A program made the position numbers and the translations under genes. A DNA stretch of 12,607 nucleotides from an uncultured Rhodopirellula sp. GTDB lineage: Bacteria; Planctomycetota; Planctomycetia; Pirellulales; Pirellulaceae. The first letter of the stretch is position 1. Each line of letters opens with the position of its first letter. Below the pieces are notes generated by a model. That model saw nothing but the letters and a program-made list of their open reading frames with translations. It was not told the origin of the DNA and did no database searches. Shown here piece by piece: positions 1-6,831 of the stretch. The stretch is taken from assembly GCA_964012125.1 (NCBI GenBank), contig CAXGRW010000082.1, positions 1 to 12,607 on the forward strand, in the 5' to 3' direction.

Positions 1-183
1 CTTCGTTTCGACCACAGGCTTTTCAATTGTTCGGCTTATCTTCCGATAGACAATTCCCGTTTGCGGATCGGTGAAGAAGCCAGTCTGGGCAGTTGCCTCA
101 GCGGTCAATGAAGTGATGCTGGTTGCTGCTGTTACCAACGCAATGAGTTGGTAGACAACCTTGGATAAGATCCGACCAGTCAT
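1..183 (-). CDS. Hypothetical secreted protein, N-terminal fragment; the gene runs off the left edge of the window
   Basis: Hand translation of the minus strand from the ATG at 183..181 gives 61 codons with no stop to position 1: MTGRILSKVVYQLIALVTAATSITSLTAEATAQTGFFTDPQ... The basic N-terminus, hydrophobic core and A-x-A-like site look like a signal peptide. A GAGGGA purine run lies about 8 nt upstream. The ORF is absent from the supplied track, probably because it is truncated. No homology assignment is possible. Confidence 0.4.
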   Translation of the reverse strand, partial: MTGRILSKVVYQLIALVTAATSITSLTAEATAQTGFFTDPQTGIVYRKISRTIEKPVVETK

Positions 184-340
184 GGCAATCCCTCGCCTGT
201 GATACGGACAGATGGTTGTGATTTTGCTGCTGGTGTAACCTTGTCAGGATTGGCAAAGGTGCCAAATGCTTTTGAAGGTTACCTTTTCCCTCTCCCTTTC
301 TTTTTCGGTCCCAACAGACATTTCAGCTGAGAGAAAATCG

Positions 341-619
341 ATGCTCGAATCAAAATTGATAGACATGTTGCGTTGCCCGATTGACGGTTCTCGTTTGCAT
401 TTGCTCACCGATGATGAGGTTTTACGCATCAATTCGGCACTTGAATCCGGCAATTTGCGAGATCGACTCGATCAACGAATCAGCTGTCCTTTGGATGCCG
501 GGCTGCTGAATCGACAGGCGAATCGGGTTTATCCTGTTCGGGGAGGCATCCCGTCGCTTGTCTCCGATGAGGCGGTTGAGTTGCCTGAGGGATTCTTTGG
601 CGAGGGTTTGGGGGAATAG
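341..619 (+). CDS. Trm112-family small protein (UPF0434/YcaR-like)
   Basis: The ORF track frame is 266..619. The internal ATG at 341 gives MLESKLIDMLRCPIDGSRLHL...NRVYPVRGGIPSLVSDEAVEL. This matches the Trm112p-like signature as I recall it: N-terminal L-x-x-L-x-CP strand and C-terminal YP-[IV]-x-x-GIP-x-[LM]-x-x-[DE]-EA. The 25 codons upstream of 341 (LLKVTFSLSLSFSV) look non-coding. TAG stop at 617..619. Confidence 0.75.
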   Translation: MLESKLIDMLRCPIDGSRLHLLTDDEVLRINSALESGNLRDRLDQRISCPLDAGLLNRQANRVYPVRGGIPSLVSDEAVELPEGFFGEGLGE

Positions 620-654
620 GGCGCAGGGCGATGTCCTGCCGATCATCCTACTTG

Positions 655-909
655 CTACCAATCCGTTTGGTCTGGCCCTTGCTCATCATCGTCGGGTTTT
701 GTGTCCCCACACCAACGAGCCAGTGATTTCAGCACCTCGTTGCGGCCGCTAGTGTTGGTCCACAAGGAGTCGTCCACATCTAATCTGACTTCGTAGTCCC
801 CCTCGTGCATGCACTCGGGTTCACCGCAGAAGTGAGGGACGTCGCTGACCCATACAACTCGATATAGCGGGATATGTTTATCGTCGATCTTGATGAGTGG
901 TGAAGTCAT
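655..909 (-). CDS. Hypothetical small protein (84 aa) with an H-x-C-x4-C-x-H cluster
   Basis: ATG at 909..907 and stop at 657..655. Codon choice by eye prefers C/G-ending codons, as in the neighbouring genes. The product contains HFCGEPECMH and an acidic C-terminus. I recognise no family. It lies downstream of and co-directional with proC, and convergent with the Trm112-like gene. Confidence 0.5.
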   Translation of the reverse strand: MTSPLIKIDDKHIPLYRVVWVSDVPHFCGEPECMHEGDYEVRLDVDDSLWTNTSGRNEVLKSLARWCGDTKPDDDEQGPDQTDW

Positions 910-1095
910 GGGTTCAAATCTCGATAATAAGCGGTTGAGAAAAGAGCGGTATCAAAATTTTTGGTTGAAACAAATTAGGTGCGATTAGGCGGGCGATTCG
1001 AATCACTGAGTTTTGTGTTGTTCTGCGATGCGATTATTTCTTCGGTCTTCTCAGGCTAGCCTGGTTTCGACCTTGCCAAGTCTGAGGTGAAAAGC

Positions 1096-1905
1096 TCAGT
1101 CGTCCTCTCCCATTTCTTGGCTTCGTTCTGCCGAGGCTGCCACTGCTTCAATCAACGCGCCTCGGATTCCATTTTGTTCGAGAACAGAGATCGCCTCAAT
1201 CGTCGTGCCTCCCGGGCTGGCTACTGCATCCTTTAGTTCTGCCGGGTGCCGTTTGGTTTCTGCGATCATGGTAGCCGTGCCAAGCACCGTCTGGGTGGCG
1301 AGCTTGAGTGCTAGTGGACGTGGCAAGCCAGCGAGCACTCCACCATCGGCAAGTGCCTCTATGATGATACAGACATAGGCAGGGCCAGAGCCACTGAGTC
1401 CAGTCACTGCATCCATTTGCGTCTCGGCGACCTCAACTGCCAGACCAACTGATTCAAGCACGGATTGAATCCAGGTTCGATCTTCAGCGGAAACTTCACT
1501 ACCGCAGCAGTAGCCACTTGCGCCTTGGCGAACCAGGCTTGGGGTGTTGGGCATTACTCGGGCAACCTTGGAGTGCCCTAACGCGTGGCTGAGATCATCA
1601 AGGCCGATACCTGCCGCGATCGAGATAACAAGCTTGTCCTGCCATGCAGAGCGGACTTCATCGATCACTTCGAGCAGGATATTGGGTTTGACCGCCAGCA
1701 GGGCAGCGTCGCACTGTGCGACGGCGGAGGCTAGTTCTGCGAAGCTGACTGAGGGGTGGTTATCTGTCCACCATTGGCGTGATGTGGCATCTGGTTCCAC
1801 CAAGATGACCTGAGAGGCCGATATTACCTTGCTCGCCACAATTCCCCCAACCAATGCGCGGCCCATTTGTCCGCCGCCAATTACTGCCAGTTTTTGCACA
1901 CTCAT
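1096..1905 (-). CDS. proC: Pyrroline-5-carboxylate reductase
   Basis: N-terminal Rossmann motif [14 protein letters not shown], plus [14 protein letters not shown] and SPGGTT motifs typical of ProC. I chose the ATG at 1905 ([12 protein letters not shown]), which has AGGAAA 8-13 nt upstream. The track start at 1935 is a TTG that adds 10 basic residues. Confidence 0.93.
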   Translation of the reverse strand: MSVQKLAVIGGGQMGRALVGGIVASKVISASQVILVEPDATSRQWWTDNHPSVSFAELASAVAQCDAALLAVKPNILLEVIDEVRSAWQDKLVISIAAGIGLDDLSHALGHSKVARVMPNTPSLVRQGASGYCCGSEVSAEDRTWIQSVLESVGLAVEVAETQMDAVTGLSGSGPAYVCIIIEALADGGVLAGLPRPLALKLATQTVLGTATMIAETKRHPAELKDAVASPGGTTIEAISVLEQNGIRGALIEAVAASAERSQEMGEDD

Positions 1906-1926
1906 ACGGGCTTTCCTTGTTCTATG

Positions 1927-1939
1927 CCGTTTCAAACGG
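1927..1939. promoter_or_regulatory. 13 bp perfect palindrome CCGTTTCAAACGG in the proC/argB divergent intergenic region; candidate operator or 5' UTR hairpin
   Basis: The palindrome is read directly from the sequence. It lies 22 nt upstream of the proC ATG (1905) and about 90 nt upstream of the argB ATG (2028). It does not match the enterobacterial ARG box as I recall it. A regulatory function is purely inferred. Confidence 0.2.
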
Positions 1940-2027
1940 GGGTTCTCAATTGACCCTTTCTCGGGCCGACTCTAAATTGATCGGTTTTTCCCTTCCCGAA
2001 AACCCCATTAGCCCCCTCGCGTGGATT

Positions 2028-2942
2028 ATGAAATCGACAATCGCGAAGCGACTGGTCGGTGATATTGGAGATTTCTGCGTGGATGAAGCAATCGGAAAAG
2101 CAAATACGCTAATCGAGGCAATGGGCTGGATTCGACGCTTTCGCGGTAAAACCACCGTGATCAAGCTGGGTGGAAGCCTATTGGATGACGAATCAGCCCT
2201 GATGCACATCTTACTTGATGTGATTTTCATGGAATCGGTTGGAATGAAGCCGGTGATTGTCCACGGCGGTGGGAAAGCTATCAATCGAGCACTGGCCGAA
2301 GCGGGAATTGAAGCGCATTTCGTGCGTGGCCGCCGCGTGACCGATGAGGCGACCCTGGAGGTTGTGCAGAGAGTTCTCGCCAAAGAACTCAACGTCTTCC
2401 TAACCGAAGAGATTGAGAGGCTGGGCGGAAGAGGGATGAATCTCTCGTTTGAAACCACCAATGTTCTGTTTGGGCAAAAGCTGAAAACAGATCCTCAAGA
2501 GGATCTTGGCTTTGTGGGCGAGGTCACTCGGGTTGATCGTAGTGTTATTGAGGGACTGTCCTACACTGATCAAGTTCCTGTCATCCCTTCGATGTGCGAA
2601 GGAACGAACGGTGAGCGTTACAATGTCAACGCAGATACCGCTGCCATGGCTGTTGCTCAGAGCCTTGGAGCCGAAAAGCTAGTGTTCCTGTCGGATGTAA
2701 ATGGCGTTCGAAGAGATAAAGAAAATCCGGACACCATCATCCATTCTTTGTCGGCAGACGATGCTCGCCAACTCATTGACGAGGGAGTGATTGATGCCGG
2801 CATGATTCCCAAGGTTGAAGCTTGTATTGAAACCCTTGGGCGTGGTGTTCGGAAAATTCACATCGTTGATGGTCGCCTGAGGCACTCGCTTCTGCTCGAA
2901 ATATTCACGACCAGTGGTGTGGGTACTGAAATCCACAATTGA
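2028..2942 (+). CDS. argB: Acetylglutamate kinase (N-acetyl-L-glutamate 5-phosphotransferase)
   Basis: Amino-acid kinase family motifs are present: [19 protein letters not shown] and YNVNADTAA. The product is about 304 aa from the ATG at 2028 (MKSTIAKRL...). The track frame opens at 1854, but those upstream residues overlap the proC 5' end and look non-coding. TGA stop at 2940..2942. Confidence 0.93.
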   Translation: MKSTIAKRLVGDIGDFCVDEAIGKANTLIEAMGWIRRFRGKTTVIKLGGSLLDDESALMHILLDVIFMESVGMKPVIVHGGGKAINRALAEAGIEAHFVRGRRVTDEATLEVVQRVLAKELNVFLTEEIERLGGRGMNLSFETTNVLFGQKLKTDPQEDLGFVGEVTRVDRSVIEGLSYTDQVPVIPSMCEGTNGERYNVNADTAAMAVAQSLGAEKLVFLSDVNGVRRDKENPDTIIHSLSADDARQLIDEGVIDAGMIPKVEACIETLGRGVRKIHIVDGRLRHSLLLEIFTTSGVGTEIHN

Positions 2943-3031
2943 TCCGTGCGACATCCCGCTTTCTCGTCCGGTCAATGATCTTCGCTGATCACCGGTTTTC
3001 GTTTCCTGTTTCCAATGTTGAACGGATTGTC

Positions 3032-5119
3032 ATGAGTGACATGGATGAACCCGAAGAGGCAATCGATTCCACGTCGGAGGATGTATCTGACAGGGGTGCC
3101 GACAGTTCAGTGAAGGAAACTGCAGCAAGTCAGGGTGAATCGGTCCAAAACGATTCGCAAAAATCTGGTGAGTTCGCTGAAGAAGCACCAGTCGAAAGTG
3201 ATGATGTTATGGAAAAAAAAGTCATCCAAGAAAGTAACGACGACGAGTACGAAGATGACGACTCAGAAGATGACGACTCAGAAGATGACGACTCAGATTA
3301 CGACGACTCAGATTACGACGAGTACGAGGATGAATCAGAGGAGGATGAATCAGAGGAAGATGATTCACAGGGGGACGAGCACGAGGACGATTCAGAAGAT
3401 GATGAGCGCGACGATGAGTCAGAAGACGATGAATTAGAAGACGAAGACGAATCAGAGGAGTACGAAGACGATTCAGAAGACGACGAGTACGAGGATGAAT
3501 CAGAGGAAGGTGATTCACAGGGGGACGAGCACGAGGACGAGTCAGAAGATGATGAGCGCGACGATGAGTCAGAAGACGATGAATTAGAAGACGATGAATT
3601 AGAAGACGATGAATTAGAAGACGATGAATTAGAAGACGAAGACGAATCAGAGGAGTACGAAGACGATTCAGAGGAGGATGATTCCGAAGATGAGTCCGAT
3701 GACGAAGAAGTAGAGGGGCTAGGAGACGGCGACGTAGATTTGGCCGCATCGACTGATGTTGGTGGTGATGGAAAAATCGCTGACGATGTTTTGGCACATG
3801 AGTCTCAGCATCCTGCCATGCACGAAAGTGGGGCTGAACCAATTCAGCAAAGTGTAGTGAGTGACCGAGTTGCAAGCTCAGGTGTTAACGGTGAGGACGA
3901 AGCACGTGCACTGACTGCCGGTTCCGCTAAACATGCAGAACTGCAGTTTCAGGCTGTTGACCTGCCCATCATGCACGGTGAACCTTTCGGGATGCGTCGC
4001 GCTGATAGAAATGGGTGCGAACTTCTAGATGCAATGGCAGGACGCAACTCCGTGTTTGGCTTTGGTTGTACGCCAATTCGTGAATCTCTTGTGTCTGGTC
4101 TCTCAGATTATTTGGGTGAAGGTAGCCGCTTTGCGGATGTCGAGGATGCTGGCGAGTCAGTACTGTCAAAAAAATTGCAGCAAGTGTTTGATGGTGCAAG
4201 TTCCGTGTCCGTTGAGTCGATGGCACTATTGCCTTCACCAGATTTGGCGGTCGAGTATGCATTGCAGCTGACGAGACGATTTCGTTCTGAAAAAGCGTTT
4301 CGTACAATCGCTCTGACAGGCAGTGACCATGGTCGCACTGGTATGTGTCGAACTGCCAGTGGACAGCCGCAGTTGCACGACGGGCTTGGCCCCATGATGG
4401 CAGGGTTCAGTCATCTGCCTGTGGGAGACTTGGATGCTTTGCGAGCTTCCATGGACGAGCAAACAGCAGGAGTACTACTGTCGCCGATCGATTTGGGTAG
4501 TGGAGCAGTCGCTTGCGAGGCCGAGTATCTTGCCGGAGTGCGTGCTGCCTGTAATGAGCGTGGCGCCCTTTTGGTCATTGATGAAACACAACTTGTATTT
4601 GGGGCAACTGGCAACCACTTTTCCTTTTCTTCAATTGCTGATATCCACGCTGATATCGTGGTAACCTCAAGTGGACTCTTTGCCGGTTTGTCTGGTGGAT
4701 TGGTTCTTGCGTCTCAGCATGCTTCAACGCGGGTTGTGCGCGATCTAGAGCAGTATCCTCTTGTTGCCGCGGCATTGATGGCCACCTTGGACGAAATGGA
4801 ACTGCATGGTTTGCCGGATAATGTGCATGGCTCGGCACAGGAATTGGCTGTTTTGATTGCAGAACGGTTGAGTGGCTTTGAGTTTGTGCGGGACATGAGA
4901 GTGAGCGGGATGACGATTGGCATTGAATGTGACGTCAATGCGATTGATGTCGTGGCCGCTGCGGCCGCCAATGGCCTGCGAGTTGAGACTGCGGGAGACA
5001 CGGCGATACGTATTCAACCTCCGTTGCTGATTAGTGAGGAAGACCGGCAGCTTTTGTTGAAACGACTGGTTGAAACAATGGAAGCAATTGAGCGGGAAAC
5101 TGCCGAGCTGACGTTGTAG
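3032..5119 (+). CDS. Polyacidic-repeat protein with a C-terminal class-III aminotransferase-like (ArgD-like) domain lacking the PLP-binding lysine
   Basis: The frame is uninterrupted from 2939 to 5119. The first ATG is at 3032 (MSDMDEPEE...). A TTG at 2939 overlaps the argB stop as TTGA. An internal in-frame ATG at 3971 would encode the aminotransferase-like part alone. From about 3935 the product aligns by eye along its length with acetylornithine/class-III aminotransferases (motifs recalled from memory): GRNSVFGFGCTP vs GG.AV..LGH.HP, DHGRT vs FHGRT, SPIDLGSG vs EPIQGEGG, LVIDETQLVFGATG vs L.FDEVQTG.GRTG. The [GSA]-K Schiff-base position reads T-S-S (Ser codon at 4670..4672). The gene sits between argB and argF. 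The start coordinate is uncertain. Confidence 0.8.
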   Translation: MSDMDEPEEAIDSTSEDVSDRGADSSVKETAASQGESVQNDSQKSGEFAEEAPVESDDVMEKKVIQESNDDEYEDDDSEDDDSEDDDSDYDDSDYDEYEDESEEDESEEDDSQGDEHEDDSEDDERDDESEDDELEDEDESEEYEDDSEDDEYEDESEEGDSQGDEHEDESEDDERDDESEDDELEDDELEDDELEDDELEDEDESEEYEDDSEEDDSEDESDDEEVEGLGDGDVDLAASTDVGGDGKIADDVLAHESQHPAMHESGAEPIQQSVVSDRVASSGVNGEDEARALTAGSAKHAELQFQAVDLPIMHGEPFGMRRADRNGCELLDAMAGRNSVFGFGCTPIRESLVSGLSDYLGEGSRFADVEDAGESVLSKKLQQVFDGASSVSVESMALLPSPDLAVEYALQLTRRFRSEKAFRTIALTGSDHGRTGMCRTASGQPQLHDGLGPMMAGFSHLPVGDLDALRASMDEQTAGVLLSPIDLGSGAVACEAEYLAGVRAACNERGALLVIDETQLVFGATGNHFSFSSIADIHADIVVTSSGLFAGLSGGLVLASQHASTRVVRDLEQYPLVAAALMATLDEMELHGLPDNVHGSAQELAVLIAERLSGFEFVRDMRVSGMTIGIECDVNAIDVVAAAAANGLRVETAGDTAIRIQPPLLISEEDRQLLLKRLVETMEAIERETAELTL
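3251..3310 (+). repeat. In-frame 15-nt tandem repeat: GAAGATGACGACTCA x3 perfect, plus one copy with 3 mismatches (encodes EDDDS x3, then DYDDS)
   Basis: Counted directly: units at 3251-3265, 3266-3280 and 3281-3295 are identical. Unit 3296-3310 is GATTACGACGACTCA. Confidence 0.9.
3317..3676 (+). repeat. Tandem duplication of a ~150-nt core unit (copy A 3317..3481, copy B 3482..~3676) inside the acidic coding tract
   Basis: By hand alignment the two copies differ by only two substitutions in the shared core (aagatgatt vs aaggtgatt; gacgattcag vs gacgagtcag). They also differ by whole 15-nt units: copy A has TGAATCAGAGGAGGA/TGAATCAGAGGAAGA doubled, and copy B has GATGAATTAGAAGAC four times against once in copy A. 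Confidence 0.9.
3578..3637 (+). repeat. Four perfect in-frame copies of the 15-nt unit GATGAATTAGAAGAC (encodes DELED x4)
   Basis: Counted directly: units at 3578-3592, 3593-3607, 3608-3622 and 3623-3637 are all identical. The paralogous position in copy A of the larger repeat carries a single unit. Confidence 0.95.
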
Positions 5120-5155
5120 AATAAGGCCATTCTGGATTTGGGATTGGAATAAAAT

Positions 5156-6103
5156 ATGCAACATTTATTGAGTTTGTTTGATCTTTCAGTAGGGGATTTG
5201 CGTTCCCTGCTTGCCACGGCAAATGTTTTGAAAACGAGGTTGGCTGCTGGCGATCGACCGCCAGTGCTGGAACGTCGTGTGCTCGCCCTCCTATTTGAAA
5301 AGCCCAGTTTGCGGACGCGTGTCAGTTTCGAAACTGGCATCGCACAATTGGGTGGTTCAAGCCTGTTTCTCGGTGATGATGTGGGCTGGGGCAAGCGTGA
5401 GTCGGCTTCAGATTTTACGCAGGTCCTTGGTCAATTCGTTGATGCCGTGGTTTGCCGTGCGAAATCGCATACCAAAGTCGAGCAGTTGGCAAGTTACAAT
5501 TCGCTTCCAGTCATTAACGGTTTGACCGACTTGTGCCACCCATGCCAAGCTTTGGCTGACGTCATGACCGTTCATAACGCCTTTGGAACGGTCGCTGACA
5601 AACATCTGGTTTTTGTCGGTGATGGAAATAATGTGGCACAATCCCTCGCCTTGGTCTGTGCGATGTTGGATATGCGTTTCACACTTTCGTGCCCTGCTGA
5701 GTACGAGATGGATAAGGCATGGATGGAAAAAGTTTTTGAACAATATCCAACCGCCAAAATCAGCACGGTATCGGATGCCAAAACTGCGGTAGCGGATGCT
5801 GATGCCATTTACACAGATGTTTGGACCAGCATGGGGCAGGAAGCTGAAATGGCAGAACGCCGAAAAGCGTTTTCCGATTTTCAGGTCAATAGCAAGTTGA
5901 TGTCGGCCGCGCCACAGCATGCTCGTGTACTGCATTGTCTGCCCGCAGTCCGCGGCGAAGAAATTACGGATGATGTGATTGATAGCGACCAAAGTGATGT
6001 GATCGTGCAAGCCGGTAATCGAATGCACGCCCAGAAAGGGTTGCTGGTCTGGCTGCTCAATCGTCCATGGATTGAGCAAAACGTTACTGATGCTGCTTTT
6101 TAG
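5156..6103 (+). CDS. argF: Ornithine carbamoyltransferase
   Basis: Transcarbamylase carbamoyl-phosphate motifs SLRTR (S-x-R-T-R) and HPCQ are present. The ornithine-specific motifs DVWTSMG (D-x-x-x-SMG) and HCLPA (HCLP) are also present. This argues for a true OTCase rather than an acetyl- or succinyl-ornithine transcarbamylase. ATG at 5156, 36 nt after the preceding stop. TAG stop at 6101..6103. Confidence 0.93.
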   Translation: MQHLLSLFDLSVGDLRSLLATANVLKTRLAAGDRPPVLERRVLALLFEKPSLRTRVSFETGIAQLGGSSLFLGDDVGWGKRESASDFTQVLGQFVDAVVCRAKSHTKVEQLASYNSLPVINGLTDLCHPCQALADVMTVHNAFGTVADKHLVFVGDGNNVAQSLALVCAMLDMRFTLSCPAEYEMDKAWMEKVFEQYPTAKISTVSDAKTAVADADAIYTDVWTSMGQEAEMAERRKAFSDFQVNSKLMSAAPQHARVLHCLPAVRGEEITDDVIDSDQSDVIVQAGNRMHAQKGLLVWLLNRPWIEQNVTDAAF

Positions 6104-6132
6104 TTTTTTGTTCCCCGGAGAGATCTCTACGT

Positions 6133-6831
6133 ATGCGCCCACATGACCAACTTCGCGATGTCGAAATACAACGTGGTTATCTTGATTCTAATCCTGCCAG
6201 CGTTCTTTATCGCTGTGGACGCACAATCGTTCTTTGCACCGCTTCGATCGAAGCATCGGTGCCACCATGGCTCGAAGGGAAAGGTAAAGGCTGGGTTACT
6301 GCTGAGTACAACATGCTGCCTGGCAGCACCAGCCCTCGCAAGCGGCGTGATCGCGGTGGGAAAATCGATGGAAGGACCACGGAAATTCAACGTTTGATCG
6401 GACGCAGTTTGCGTGCCATCGTTGATCTGCAAAAGCTGGGTGAGCAAATGATCACCGTCGACTGTGATGTTCTGCAAGCTGACGGAGGGACTCGTACGGC
6501 ATCAATCACCGGAGGCTTCATCGCACTTGCACAAGCAGTTTCCCTGTTAATGCCTGACTCAAGTATTGGTGATGGTCCGCTGACCGATTCAGTAGCGGCT
6601 GTCAGTTGCGGTCTGATCGGTGATGACGTTGTGCTGGATCTTGATTATCAACTCGATTCGGCGGCTGACGTCGACATGAATGTCATCATGACTGGTGGCG
6701 GTCGGTTTGTTGAAATTCAGGGCACCGGCGAAGAGGCAACTTTCGATGACCAGCAGCTAGCTGAGTTGCTGAGATTGGCAAAACAGGGTATCAGTACATT
6801 GACCGAAAAACAGATGCAGGCCCTGCAGTAG
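6133..6831 (+). CDS. rph: Ribonuclease PH
   Basis: The product is 232 aa with GWVTAEYNMLPGST, GRTTEIQRLIGRSLRA and DCDVLQADGGTRTASITGG, characteristic of RNase PH. GGAG at 6117..6120 lies 12 nt upstream of the ATG at 6133. The gene starts 29 nt after argF. Confidence 0.93.
   Translation: MRPHDQLRDVEIQRGYLDSNPASVLYRCGRTIVLCTASIEASVPPWLEGKGKGWVTAEYNMLPGSTSPRKRRDRGGKIDGRTTEIQRLIGRSLRAIVDLQKLGEQMITVDCDVLQADGGTRTASITGGFIALAQAVSLLMPDSSIGDGPLTDSVAAVSCGLIGDDVVLDLDYQLDSAADVDMNVIMTGGGRFVEIQGTGEEATFDDQQLAELLRLAKQGISTLTEKQMQALQ

Noticed and set aside
910-922. GGGTTCAAATCTC, resembling a tRNA T-loop
   Set aside because: The flanking bases do not form a T-stem (ATGGG vs CTCGA). No acceptor or anticodon arm can be built around it. 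It also abuts the start codon of the small ORF.
1052-1063. 12 bp perfect palindrome CAGGCTAGCCTG just downstream of the proC stop
   Set aside because: It could form only a 4 bp stem with a CTAG loop and has no adjacent U-run on either strand. It is probably a chance palindrome rather than a terminator or operator.
1946-2461. 171-aa ORF antisense to argB, and the many 60-140 aa ORFs on both strands inside 3969..5394
   Set aside because: All lie inside well-supported genes (argB, the ArgD-like gene, argF). They have Ser/Arg/Pro-rich shadow-frame compositions and no motifs.
3236-3715. Possibility that the tandem repeats are a CRISPR array or a non-coding satellite
   Set aside because: There are no unique spacers between repeats. 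The units are 15 nt (multiples of three) and nested within a larger duplication. The whole tract stays in frame with the upstream and downstream coding sequence.
3135-3875. Long alternative-frame ORFs across the acidic repeat (3135..3437 +, 100 aa, Thr/Lys/Gln-rich; 3222..3875 -, 217 aa, Leu/Arg/His-rich)
   Set aside because: These are by-products of a low-complexity GA-rich repeat that lacks stop codons in several frames. Their products are repetitive mirror images of the DE-rich frame. Only the acidic frame is continuous with the flanking non-repetitive coding sequence.
5408-6142. 244-aa ORF antisense to argF
   Set aside because: It overlaps a confidently identified OTCase gene almost entirely on the opposite strand. 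The translated sequence has no recognisable motifs and an atypical composition. It is most likely a shadow ORF.
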